DNA from: Paecilomyces variotii
Taxonomy: Eukaryota
Strand: one strand, 5' to 3'
NCBI GenBank assembly: GCA_004022145.1
Contig: RCNU01000001.1
DNA: 64,000 bases
In this document: positions 37,170 to 49,488 of the stretch, piece by piece
Position numbering within the stretch: position 1 is the stretch's first letter
Layout: the number at the start of each line of letters is the position of its first letter
Notes under the pieces: generated by a model
Databases searched by the model: none
Seen by the model: only the letters and a program-made list of their open reading frames with translations
What the model was told of the DNA's origin: nothing
Made by a program: the position numbers and the translations under genes

Positions 37170-39545
37170 ATGGCTTCAGACTTCGTCGGATTTGATGTTC
37201 TCGTGACGCTCAAAAACCCGCCAAATGCGCGAATCCAGGGAACAGTGGCTGCTGTTGTTGGACAGCGTCTGACACTTGAAAATGGTAAATAATGTCTCAG
37301 CAAGTATGTCACATCTATTCTAACAGCTACAGTCACATTGCTATGGAATGGTCAACGTTTGCCACGGTATCACATTGAGGGTACAGGCATTGCAGACTTG
37401 GAAGTCAGCCAGGTGCCGCGGCCTACCTCAGCAACGAATCAATTCGAGAGTCATCAGCAGAAACATGCGACTTCTGCAAATGGACTGTACGACAAGTCCT
37501 TTAACCAGTCAACTCCTGTTGAGACTACACCGAAAGCTGCGCCACAACCCTTCGTCGACCCTGCCATACTGAGCTTCTCGAAGCCTCCACAGAAAACTAC
37601 TGCTGCAGCTCCTGCAGAATTGAGTGGACCTGATCTGGGCTCCATGTCACCCGTCGTACTCCCTGGGAATGCAACAGCTGGCTCATCTCGAACAAACCAA
37701 ATACCGTCCTTCCCTACGAGCGTTACTGCTACACAGACGAGAACTGTGCCCTCACAGATCGAAAGACACGACTCAAATGCAACCGCGATATTAACTGAGC
37801 CCTTCAACAATCTAGGCCTGAATGGCAATAGTGGTGTAAGTGGGAATCAGAATGGGGAAGAGGAGCTTGCCCTCGACGGGTCTGTCCCCGAGGGAAGGAT
37901 AGGAGCAGCACCACTGGAAGCTCCACTGAAATACACCGGCAAAAGAAGTCGTCGTGGTGGCCGTAACAAATTAAAGGAAGGCCTGCCCGAGGATGTCAAT
38001 GCGCCCGGTGCTACTTTGAACACGAACCCCAAAGCAAAAGGTTGGCGTCAGACAGCGTTTGTGGAACCAATGTATCCACAGGCATCTCGAACGAGTGCAC
38101 AAGAGAAGATGGCCTCCATGCACAGTAGCGGTAAGCGTCGCAAACAGCGGAACCTCAAATCTTATGCGGAAGACACGAACGGCTGGGCGACCGAAGACGC
38201 GACCGATATTCAGGAAATGGGCGACTTTGACTTCCAGAGCAACCTGTCGAAATTCGATAAGAGACGGGTATTCGACGAGATCCGCAACGATGATACGACT
38301 GCTGACGAAGACCGCCTGGTGAGTTTCAATAGGAAGGCTCGGCCAGGAACGAATGGTGGCAAGAATCTGCATTATACGGAAAATGTGCTCGACAGCCCAC
38401 CTGCCAAATGGAACAGCGAAGCTGGAGAGACGGAGGAAGAAGTCAGCGATGGGAAGTTCAGCAGTGGAAATTACTCCGGACGAGATCCATCCAGAACGTC
38501 CACACGGCCGCAATCTCGGAAAAGCAGCACCATTTTGGGCCAGCCTTTAATGCCACCCCAGATTAATTCTATTGGGAGGACCCAATTGACTTCATCAAGG
38601 AACGCAAGTCCGCGGCCAAGCAAACAGTCAATATCAGCATCTCCCATGAATGGGCCCATCGGTGTTGCAAGTACTTCGTTGCGACTCACGACAACCAACA
38701 GGAGTTGCCCCACCGTGAGCCCGTTGCAGATGCTGGAAGTTGAGCAATTGGCTATCGCCGAGCTTGGCCTGACGGAAGACATGATTACAGAGAATGCTGG
38801 TCGTGGAATTGCTGAAGCCGCTGTCGCTCAGTTATCGAGCGAATCCACTGCATCTACATTGCTCGTGCTTACAGGAAATCACCGCACTGGCGCGAGGGCT
38901 GTTGCGGCAGCCCGTCACCTGCGAAACAGAGGACACCGCGTGACTCTTTGCTTGCTGGGTCTCGAGCATGAGAATGAACTTCTAGAAAATTGTCGCAAGC
39001 AGCTTGAGATCTTCAGAAAGATAGGCGGTCGCGTGCTGAGGTGGGAAGAGCTATCAGCAAGGCTGTCTACATCTGATTTCGCTCCAGATTTGGTGGTAGA
39101 TGCTTTGCTCGGTATGCACATTGCGTTCGAAGATCTGCGGAGTGACGATCAAGCCGCAGCCTTTGAAATGATCGCATGGATTAATAGGAGCGGTGTGGAT
39201 ATCCTGTCTGTGGATGTTCCGTCAGGGATTTCTGCTTCTAGTGGTAAGTCTACTATGGCGGTTTCCAGTTCAGTGCTTTGTTAACCATGGATTACAGGCG
39301 ACGTTACCCAGGTGGAAGGTGCTCGGCTCTCTGTCAGCTCCAAGTCTGTTGTCTGCCTTGCAGCACCTAAGACTGGTATACTGAACGCTTTGCTTGCTGG
39401 CGAAGGCCAATCGTGGAATATCACTGTCGCGGACATTGGAATTAGTCAAGTGGTTTGGCGAAAGTATGGTACTCGCCGTCGACATGGGGTTGACTTCGGC
39501 AACCGCTGGGTTGTGCCATTACGCTACCAACCTAGCGCTGCGTGA
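37170..39545 (+). CDS. EDC3: Enhancer of mRNA decapping Edc3 (Lsm + FDF + YjeF_N)
   Basis: Lsm-like exon 1, DFDFQSNLSKFDKRRVF, ENAGRGIA, GNHRTGARA, VVDALLG, SVDVPSG and ADIGI. Two introns. Confidence 0.9.
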
Positions 39546-40057
39546 GAAGTCGGTTTCTATCTACATTATTGTTCGGGGAGTTACGGGGGCGGACGGCTCA
39601 AAAGCATCATGGTCCTTTTGTTAAGTGCATCTTTATTCCCGGAATATTCTGTTCACGTTGTGATTGTCTTCCTGTCAGCCGCTGGACACTGCAGGTATCA
39701 GGCCCAGTTAACTATGTTTTGTCGCTTTATCAACTGGGGAACTATCTCAGTACGCTCGGAGTAGGTCTCTCCTGACATAGCATCTTCGAGAGCCGGAATT
39801 GATGTGAATTATCTAATAATTTGACTCCGTTCCTTGAAGACTTCATGGTGTAATTACTTATCTATAAAGATGCTGCATCATTATTATTGGCTTAGAATCG
39901 ATAGGTAGGTAGGTGCCCTGGACTGGAGATTGCCGACTATTTCCATAAACGGCTAGCGGGAGTGCGGCGAGATGATGTAGCTCCGGTCAAGCAGCAGCGC
40001 GAAGAAATCGCGACAGTCCAGCTCGAGGACAACTACATAAAGTTCAGTTCTCACAAT

Positions 40058-42006
40058 ATGGGAAAGGGTAAGTTCCTACTGCAGAGATATGAAGAATATT
40101 GAAACCTATGCTGACTTCTTCTAGGAACTGATAAGCTATATGTAAGCCACCCTACCGTCCGACCAGCTCATTTCTTGTCGCATGCAGAATCCATCAAACT
40201 TGAAGACCCAGTTGACTGACGACTTCGCCTATTGCAGATTACCCATTCAGAGTGGGCATCTGAAGACTCATACGGCGCGAGTGCTGGAGCCGGCGTGTCG
40301 AGAGCTAAGAGGGATGGAGTCCACGCGTCGTTTAAACGTCTCCCCTACAACTTCTGTTCGCTATCTCTTCAACCATTCTCGCATCCAGTCTGCACGCCAT
40401 CGGGAACAATCTTCGACATTACCAACATTCTACCGTGGCTGAAAAAGCATGGAACGAATCCTGTGGATGGCAGCCCGCTCAAGAGCTCAGATCTCATCAA
40501 GCTCCATTTCGCAAAGAACGAGGCGGGCGAGTACGTTGACCCGGTGACCTACAAAGTCTTCACGGATAATACGCACATCGTCGCTCTTCGTAATACAGGA
40601 AATGTGTTCGCGTGGGATACGGTGGAGAAGCTAAACGTGAAGCCGAAAATGTGGCGGGATCTGGTAACGGATGAAGAATTCGGTAGGAAAGATATCATCA
40701 CATTGCAGGATCCGCAAAATGTCCAGTCAAGAGATCTCAGCTCTTTCAAATACCTGAAGGAGGGTGAGACTTTCCTGACGGAAGAGCAAGAACGTGAGAG
40801 GAACGATCCCACGAGCAATGTCAATGTCGGAGCACTGGGCAGCTCGGCCAAAATCTTGAAAGCAAAGGAAGCAGTTGCGAGAGCTCGCGCAGAGAGGGCA
40901 CAGCAGGCTGGCACTGCTGGTACTTCCAGCGCTTCTGGGAAAGGCGGTGTCGCAACTAAGTCAGTCACTCAGAGGACTTCGATGCACCAGTCAGGGAAGC
41001 CCGTTCCATATAACGCTGCGAAACACACGACAGGTCTTGCAGCTGCGTCATTTACAAGTACTGGTCTTACACCCCATACGTCTGGAGAACTTGCTCTTCT
41101 CACTGAGGAGCAGTATATGCTCAAGCGCGGCAGAGTGAAGATAAAGGGATATGCTCGTATATCCACCAATGTCGGGGACCTCAATCTGGAGTTGCACACA
41201 GAATATGCCCCTAAAGCAGTCTGGAACTTTCTCCAACTTGCCAAGAAAGGCTATTACGACGGTGTGATATTTCATAGAAATATTAAAGGTTTCATGATCC
41301 AGGGTGGTGATCCCACTGGAACAGGCAGAGGAGGTGAAAGTATCTGGGGTAAAAACTTTGCCGACGAATTCGAGGGACCTCTGAAGCATGATGCTAGAGG
41401 AACAGTGAGTATGGCGAACAAGGGAAAGAACACCAACAGTAGTCAATTGTAAGTTTCTTCATCGATCTTTTTCACTAAGATACTGACATGTATCGCAGCT
41501 TCATTGCCTATCGTGCTCTTCCTCACTTAAATAACAAGCATACCATATTTGCTCGCCTGATTGATGACCCCTCTCCCTCGTCGACAACGCTAAATGCCAT
41601 GGAGACACACCCAGTTGATTCCTCAACCAATAAACCCCAGCCTGATATTGTCATCAAAGGAATCACAATCTTCGTCGATCCCTTCGAGGAGTTCCTCAAC
41701 CAGAAACGACAAGCTGAAGAAGCCGAAAAGGCAAAAGCTGCTGGCGAGGGTGAACCTGGAGAGACATCGAGACAGGCAGATGACGAACAAATGACTTGGA
41801 CGGGAAAGAGGATAAGAGGAGCTGGAGATGGCCGTGGCCCAGAAAGCAGCACAGGAGTAGGCAAGTATTTGAAAGCGGCACTGGCGGACCGCGCTGCTCA
41901 AGACGAGGACGAAATCGTGGAATATGTGGATGACGAGCCGGAGCCGGAGCCCTCACGAAAGAAGATGAAATCTTCTGGCGGATTTGGGAACTTTGATAGT
42001 TGGTGA
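40058..42006 (+). CDS. PPIL2: U-box cyclophilin PPIL2/Cyp60 (peptidyl-prolyl isomerase-like 2)
   Basis: Micro-exons 40058-40067 and 40125-40141 give MGKGTDKLY|ITHSEW. U-box [10 protein letters not shown]; cyclophilin [22 protein letters not shown] and SMANKG. Confidence 0.93.
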
Positions 42007-42256
42007 ATGGAATTTTCTGTTGTGCGGTGTTATAGTATTATACCTTCAGGGACGGATGGCGCGGGCTTTAGGACCAGGGGAAAAAATAATGACAATGTCA
42101 TTTTCAAGTACAGCTATATCTCTATCATGTTCCCAGTGCTTTATGATACTGATTCCAGATGCATCAAAGATGCCTTTCAAGGCACTCTGCCGGTTACAAC
42201 GTTTCCGCAGTGGAAGACGTAACACTGTCTTCCACATGTTTCGCGGGATGTTATAG

Positions 42257-43972
42257 TTATTCCCAGCTCTCATTCATCTCAACTGTTTGCCCAGATTCTT
42301 CCGATGTACTTTCTGAGTCTTCGGGGAAGTCTGCAGCAGGGCGTCGAAAGGTGCCCTCATTCATCCAATGCCCTTGGAACCATGGGAACGAGGCAAGTTC
42401 ATGAAGCGTTGGCCGCTTTTCCGGTTCCTTGGTGAACATGGCTCTGAGCACGTCGACACAGTCCTGAGACAGGTTTTCGTCAATAGGAAGCTCCTCGTTA
42501 ATGACCCTGTCACGACGTTCCAACATTCTCCACCAAGACTCCTCATTGCTTTCTGCCCGTTTCTGGGCCCATTGTCGAATACCGCCGATCCTGTGATCAA
42601 GTTTTCTGTCTTCCCACGCCGAGTAACCGTGGAGCAGATCGTAGACTATGCAGCCAAACTTCCACAGGTGCTCCACGCGGGCGTCGTGAGGAAGATACAC
42701 GATCCTTTCTTCCTCTACATCGTACTGACCTTCCTTCCACATTTCCTTGCTGAGTTCGATTGCGAGCTCAGGCGATATCTGATACTCCTGATATGGGAGC
42801 CATGCCCAGCGTGTAACTTGGAAGTCATGCTCGCCATCCAATGCGAATATCATCAGTCCAAAATCTAGGATCTGAATCTGTACTTCGTTGTCAGCTTTGA
42901 TTACGCACAATAGGTGAAAGAATCGAGCGGAGAAAACATACATTGAGATATTCGTCCACAACATAATTATGGTGACTGAGGTCATCATGCGACATGTTCA
43001 TATCCATCAAGTACATCATAGCCTGAAGCATTTGCCATGCGACCTTGCACACTTCAACTTCGCTCAGTAGCGGTGTTTTCCCCTCTATCAGCTGTGCGCC
43101 CAAGAACGAAGGAAAATAGTCCTCGTCGTCATCGGATGTTCTCGTTTCCCTCCTTGGGTCATAGTCAACTGCCGCGGCGCTCATAATTGTCGTTTGATAT
43201 AAATCGTGCGTGTAAACGGATTCGATCACGGGGAACCTTCTGCTTCCTGTGACAAAACGCATCATCATGGCTTCGGTAGGAATGTAGCGAATATTGCCTC
43301 CTACATCATCCCAGCAAGCCATCGTGGGACCCCTTCCTCTCGCAATGGCCTCCATTTGCGTCATGTGCGGCTCGACTTTCAGAGCGTAATGCTTGACATT
43401 TTGAGGATCTTCTGGGTATTTTTCTCTTGCTGCAAATACTACCCCGTGACCTGGAAGTAATATAGTCAGTTAACTGTACCATTGACTCTTGCTACTCAAT
43501 CATGACATGACAAGAAGACGCTGAACAGGAAGTAAAAAACATATCAATAGGGTGGGGAGGGAGAAAACGCACTTCCACTTCCTATACACCCATATACCTC
43601 GAGCCGCTTATGTATCTCAGGACACAAGGACCGCAATAAATACCCATGATGTTGCATGTTCTTCGCAGCCTCCTCTTTGTTGCCATGAGTCCGGATGTGA
43701 TTCTGGTACATGCCACTGTCTGTTCGAGCCCAATCCTGGGATGGAACCATGAAATCACAATCACAACGTGAGAGTTCGCCGTAAATCGCGCCCTCTTTTG
43801 CGCGTTCTCGGAATACGCGGTGTAGATGGGAATGGTCTTCACCACATCGACTAGGGGCCATGAGGCTGTGGATGTTGGTTGCGAATTTGTTCGTCCATCC
43901 ATCGACGTAGCGGTATGAGGCAGAGCCGGAAAATCTCTCTTCTGTGGTGTCCATTTCGGTAGATCGGTCCAT
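42257..43972 (-). CDS. Divergent protein kinase (orphan fungal family)
   Basis: Spliced reading gives IGSGS|HGVVF (Gly loop), HYALK, MSHDDLSHHNY (HxD..N), N|IQILDFG, ISPE, LWKFGCIVYDLLHG and KRPT...FPWF. Introns ~43572-43452 and ~42941-42880. Confidence 0.8.
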
Positions 43973-44698
43973 TGTGAAGCTGGATACGGGGGAATTGAAT
44001 AGTCAAGATAATATGTATACCTAGTCAAACTTTCAGATTTGCGAGGTGGTGTTCGAAATGATGTAGATACGATCTGTATTATTATTTCGCTAAGGCAGGT
44101 ATATACTCCTGGTCTTATATCATTTGCCGAGAGACCTTGAACTGTATAGTGAATTAAGAAAAAGGGCGGGCGTCATGACAAGGAAAGAAAAGAAGAAATT
44201 AGGATATACATTTTCATCTATGCATGTCTCAAGAAACTCCAGGATATAAAGCAAAAAGAATACAAGGTAGGGATTGTTTGCTAATCTTCTGGGGTGATAG
44301 ATCTTGGATTTGGACAAAGGGTAGAACATGCTTTGAGAGATTTGAAAAAGTGAATGTTTGCAATCAAAGAATAGTAGTAAAAGGGACAAGACACCCTAGT
44401 AAACAGAACAATAAGGTACATACAAAGCAGAAAGAGTGAAAGCATACTGTTCTTCATTGATCCCGTCTCGAGCATTGTTTGCCTCATTTGGCATTGTCAC
44501 TCCATTGTCACTCGCTTGTCTATTCTTTGGTCTGATCTGCAAGACGTATACGAAAATCTGGCGCCTGTGGTTTGTTACCTTGAACGTGCTTACTAGCTAT
44601 TTTCTCTAAACATAGTTACGGCCAACAGATGTATGTATATCAGATCAATAGCATAATGCTTCGACAATATTCTAAGATAAAGTACAAAGGAAAAGCCA

Positions 44699-46075
44699 CT
44701 ACCTCAGTATTTTCTGCAAGAGCCCTGCATTTGTGTAGCGTTGAAGTTTTTCCACTTTCGCCTCCAAGTCTGCATTTTCGTCTTCCTTTTGATGAAGTTC
44801 TCTTTGCAAAATCTCCTTTTCAGAACGGAGCTGCTGCATTTTCTGCGCCATCTTTTCCCGATACTTGGCATTCTCATCGAGCATACCTTCGATTCTATTC
44901 CAAGTCATAGGGTCGGTGCTGGTTGAGGGCTGCTGCTGTATCTGGGGTATCCGAGATAATTCATCCTCTTTTTGTCTCAGCTGGGCCTCGAGATCGCTCA
45001 CTCGGGCTTGCCAGCTCTGCCCCAGCTCTGGAGATGCACCCTCTAGCTTCATAGCTGCCATCTGACGTTGTAAGTCCTCATTGGCCTTTTCCAGCTCGAG
45101 GGCTCTTTGTTCCAGAGCCGCCGTCCTTGCGGCCTGGAACAAGTCTGTGGTATTCTTTGGCTCGAGGGTATCTCTTCGTTCAAGAGTATTTCTCCGCTCC
45201 GTGCTTTCTCTGGCAATCGTGCTCCTCCCCTCGATAGAAACGATACTTCTTGGTCGTCTGGAAGGTGTTATCCTTCCGCCGGACTTCTCAAGACTCTCGA
45301 TCTTTCGCGTGGCTTCGGCAAGTCTGTTGCGCAGAGAAATGACGTTTCCAAGGTCGTCATCACGGAGTTTTCTGATATTTGCATGTTCCCATCGCTCTTC
45401 GGCCAACAGAACGCGGACCTTGATGAGATTAGCCACATCTTCATCTCGAAGAGCGAAAAGTGCCTCGTATCGAGCAGCCATCGCTGCTTTTTCAGCTTCC
45501 AGTGTCTTGATCCTGTCTTGCATGGCCTGATACTCTTCTGGACTAACGGAAATCGTAGGGTTTTCACGTTCCATGAATATGATCTTGCGCATCAAGGCAG
45601 ATAGTTGCTGTTCAAGGGGTCCAGGGACACGAGTGTCGGATGCCTGATATTCTGAGACTTCATATTGATCCGCCTCTTCTGTCTTTGGATGAAATTCATT
45701 CTGACTTTCGACATATTTCGCTGCTGGTAGCAAAGTCGGCGTCTTCTCCGGCTGTTCATAGTCCTCTTCCACATCAAGTGTCGTGGCCTGAGAGTGCGTC
45801 TCGCTTTCAGGTGGACTATGATCATCTTCCTGGTTCAGACGAGCCATGGTGATCAAGGGTCGAGGGTATATCTCGGCGAGTTTCGGCGATTCTTGTTGGG
45901 GCTTCCTGGGCAATCCGTCCTGCGGATGCCATAGTTGACGGCTGGTCCGATCATTAAACTCATTAAAGGCATCTGAATCGCTACTGCGCTCAGAATCGTA
46001 ACTATGAAGAGAAGAAACGGAATGTGAGAGCGAGTGGACCGAAGCCGAACGAACAGACGAAGGTCGCGACCACAT
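44699..46075 (-). CDS. Hypothetical coiled-coil protein
   Basis: 458-aa ORF with a Ser-rich N-terminus and long E/K/R/Q heptad regions. Confidence 0.75.
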   Translation of the reverse strand: MWSRPSSVRSASVHSLSHSVSSLHSYDSERSSDSDAFNEFNDRTSRQLWHPQDGLPRKPQQESPKLAEIYPRPLITMARLNQEDDHSPPESETHSQATTLDVEEDYEQPEKTPTLLPAAKYVESQNEFHPKTEEADQYEVSEYQASDTRVPGPLEQQLSALMRKIIFMERENPTISVSPEEYQAMQDRIKTLEAEKAAMAARYEALFALRDEDVANLIKVRVLLAEERWEHANIRKLRDDDLGNVISLRNRLAEATRKIESLEKSGGRITPSRRPRSIVSIEGRSTIARESTERRNTLERRDTLEPKNTTDLFQAARTAALEQRALELEKANEDLQRQMAAMKLEGASPELGQSWQARVSDLEAQLRQKEDELSRIPQIQQQPSTSTDPMTWNRIEGMLDENAKYREKMAQKMQQLRSEKEILQRELHQKEDENADLEAKVEKLQRYTNAGLLQKILR

Positions 46076-47871
46076 TGTGAATCGTGAGTGGAGATATACA
46101 GCAATAAGAGTGGATAACTAAAAAATGAAGAGAAGGAAAGAAGACCAGCTTGGGAAAAGAAAGAGAAGGGAAAAATTGACCGCGATGTTTTCCAGCAGCT
46201 AATTAATGTATCCAGAACCCAGAAAAAGGGTCCAAACAACATGAGACGTCTAATACGCAAGGGCCTTGGCTGTGACAGGAACGATGATGCTGAAACTTGC
46301 TTATCCTTCCCCAGGCCCAAATAGACCGGCAAAGACCGGAGAAGAGCTCAATTCGACATATTTTGGGGTATTTGGAGAGCTTAAACTAAGTTTCATATTC
46401 CAATCTCTCCAAGTTGTCTATTTGGCCGGTGTCGCAGGAGACGCCAAGCGCACGAACAAGGCGGAGGGAAGCCAGCTAGATAGGGTCTCTCGACAGTTTC
46501 TTAGGCTATACAGAAAGCCCTGAACACGACGTGGATGAACTTATCAGCTAATCACAAGATGGTTTTCTTGGACTTAACTCGGGTGATGCTCAGCCAGGAG
46601 AGCTCAGTCGCAATTGAAAATACAGGCGAGTCCCCGACTGCATGCATCATACAACTATTTGGACGCCACCAGGAAAAAAGAAAGACGCGCTCAGGCAACG
46701 ACACCCGCAAAGATTGCTGGACCTAGTCCTATCCTGAAATGCGCCCGAGATCCGTTTCTGTCTTAGAATATAGATAGGACTTCTCCGCCCAGCAGCGGAG
46801 AAGCTATATTGCCTTAGGGGATCCTTTTTCCGGCGTATTGGCCAATTGTCCAATACTCAGACAGCATACACTTCAACCATAGGATCGAACCAGAACCGTT
46901 CTTTCCGATTCTATGAAAGCATGGAATTTCAAAGATAAGAAGAACCCCTGAAGATGGTTGATAATATCGATTCGAATATCTAGCAGACGCACGCGCCAGC
47001 GAGTCAGGAGAAGCGACAACGATCGTTTCAGGTTGGGCTAGACACCAGGAGCTGCCAGACTAGGAAATAATGGCCGTTACGGACTGCCATTTATGTATCG
47101 TTATGGTGAGAAGAATGTAGAAGTGGGTCATGATTCGTGATAACAGGATATAGCACTGAATTGGATTGATCGCTTCTCAAGGACTGAAGGACACTTGGCA
47201 ATCAGCAACAACTTGATGTTAGGTAGTAGTAGGTAAGTACTGCCACCATCTACCGCCTTGGGTCGGCTGCATGGATTTCTTTGAATTTCTGTGTTGATTA
47301 GCGGTGTATGGTATTATTATAGTAAGTGTAGTAATTATGATTATTTCAATAATTGACTTGTGGAGTTCTCTTCGGTTCAAGCCGAACCTTTTAACAGTAG
47401 GTAACTTTTCATACCTGAAACTTCGAGCCAGATCGATCACGTGAATATGAGCTGCAGACTATGTATGTCCCATTCCGAAGCTGGGAATAACTATCGAGGT
47501 GATAATAGTCCTTAAATCCATGATAAATGCCATGGGAATTTGTACAACTCCAAAAATACACTCATTCATTCATTCATTCATTGCAGTGCCATACGTCAAT
47601 ATAGCAAGACGCATTAACGGTCCTAGGTCCGACCAGGAGACTAATATATATGGTAACGGAAATATTAACAGGCCACCGTAAGGATGGCAAGAGACCAAGA
47701 AAAAGTGCGAATATCCTAGATTATCGACATCAGTCCAATAGAATTGTAATCTCCCCAATCCCTCATTATATGTACCGTTAGCTCTGCCCAATAATCTATA
47801 TTCCAATAGGTCCAAAACTACACATATATATCTATACCTCTGGCCCTCCAGCACAGAAAGTGTGTCCATAT

Positions 47872-49488
47872 CTATAACGAATCTCTAATCTTGATGAAGT
47901 CCAAGTACCGCTCCCGGGTCCAGATTCTGCACTTCTTCCCCCAAATCATCATCGGGATCGTCATCATCACGAAGAAGAAATCCAGAGCAGCGATCTCGAT
48001 GAATGTATTTCTTGTCCCCTGAGCATCGAGCCAGTATTGTGTCGTGAACGTCAGGATACAGGCAATCGAGTTGTTGATGACTGATACGCCGACCATGCCT
48101 TCGAGGACCATCTCTGGATAGGCGTCCATTAAGTACGCCATGCTCAAGTCTCCGGTACAACCCCAGCCGAAACCGATCAAGCCTAAGCCAACATATGGTA
48201 CGTGCCAAGTCCAGCCGTATGCTGTGCCAATTCCAAAGAGTAGCATCCCCGCAGGACTGATGATTCCACACGGATACAATAGCCAGAGTCTGTGCTCGGC
48301 TTCTTGAATGCCTCCGTTTCGTCTTGCAAGCCAGAGTACGAATTTGTCGGAGACGTAACCACCGTAAAAACATCCGATCACAGCGCCGATGATGCAAGGT
48401 ACGTTCATTAGACCGACTGCAGCATCACCGTAGTTCCATGGTGGTCCGATCCACGTACCTTCTTCCAGTGTGAGATAGAATGTCAACCAGGCATCCTGCG
48501 CGCCCCACTGGATGCCCGAATAGATCACAGCGGGGAACGAGAAAATGCGCAGGGTGTGGAAGAGGCGCGCGAAATACTGTCTGAAACCCGTTCCAATGAT
48601 GTTTGGAGCTGGGGTGATGAGTGCAATCCGCTGCCAGTAAGACTTGGGTTTCAAGTCCGAAGGCGATGGTGAAAGTTCTCCAGCGGTGTATGCAGAATCT
48701 TGGACACGAGTTGACACCGGCTCTTCCACCTTCTTGAATGCCAGCTCCTCGTCTGCGGTACCAGTGGGAGTCCCTTCCCCCAGAGCGACCTGAAGAGCAC
48801 CTGTTCCATAGGCCGAACGGTCGAAAAGGGTCTCTTCAAGGGTGAACAGGCATACAATAATTGTGCCACCTGATATAATCGCTCCCCACCAGCCAATCCA
48901 GCGCCAACCCTGGCTGCTGTCTGCTATATAACCCGCAATCAGCGGGCCCAAGTACGTGCCAATGCTAGTGGCCAAAACGTAGATACCGAGAACGGTTCCA
49001 CGTTGGTGTTCGTAGAACAGATCGGATAGAGACAACTGGACAGTAGCCTCCGCACAGGCCTCGGACGCGCCCACGAAGAGCTGATTCCAGATCGAGTCAG
49101 CTGTTGTCTGGACGCGCGCCATCCAGATCGAGCCCACCAGACCTGAGGTCAAGCAGATGAGATAGGTGCTTCGCCGACCGTAGAGCCAAGCACCAGGCGA
49201 GCTCAGCAACGTCCAATAACCGATACCGACAAACAGAACACCTGCACCGGTGTTCATGGAATCATAGGAGATTCCCAAATCGGCATTCATGCCATCCTGA
49301 GCGGATCCGGCATCGTTCGAAGTCGCAGCAGTGAGAGCCGTTATGAAGCACACCAGGAAAGCATGCCAATATTTACGGAACGATGACCAGTTCAGAGGGT
49401 CATTGGGGGAGTTTGTCGGCTGCGGAGACAGGACAACATCGCCGTCGTCGACCAGCCTGATGGTCCCCGGGAGGCTATCTGCATGCAT
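47872..49488 (-). CDS. HOL1: MFS transporter, Hol1-like (DHA1 family)
   Basis: PGT..L, PQPTNSPNDPLNW, FITALTAATSNDAG, GISYDSMNTGAGVLF, DLFYEHQRG, EAEHRLW and AYLMDAYPEMVLEGMVG; about 12 TM segments. First ATG is at 49488. Confidence 0.88.
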   Translation of the reverse strand: MHADSLPGTIRLVDDGDVVLSPQPTNSPNDPLNWSSFRKYWHAFLVCFITALTAATSNDAGSAQDGMNADLGISYDSMNTGAGVLFVGIGYWTLLSSPGAWLYGRRSTYLICLTSGLVGSIWMARVQTTADSIWNQLFVGASEACAEATVQLSLSDLFYEHQRGTVLGIYVLATSIGTYLGPLIAGYIADSSQGWRWIGWWGAIISGGTIIVCLFTLEETLFDRSAYGTGALQVALGEGTPTGTADEELAFKKVEEPVSTRVQDSAYTAGELSPSPSDLKPKSYWQRIALITPAPNIIGTGFRQYFARLFHTLRIFSFPAVIYSGIQWGAQDAWLTFYLTLEEGTWIGPPWNYGDAAVGLMNVPCIIGAVIGCFYGGYVSDKFVLWLARRNGGIQEAEHRLWLLYPCGIISPAGMLLFGIGTAYGWTWHVPYVGLGLIGFGWGCTGDLSMAYLMDAYPEMVLEGMVGVSVINNSIACILTFTTQYWLDAQGTRNTFIEIAALDFFFVMMTIPMMIWGKKCRIWTRERYLDFIKIRDSL

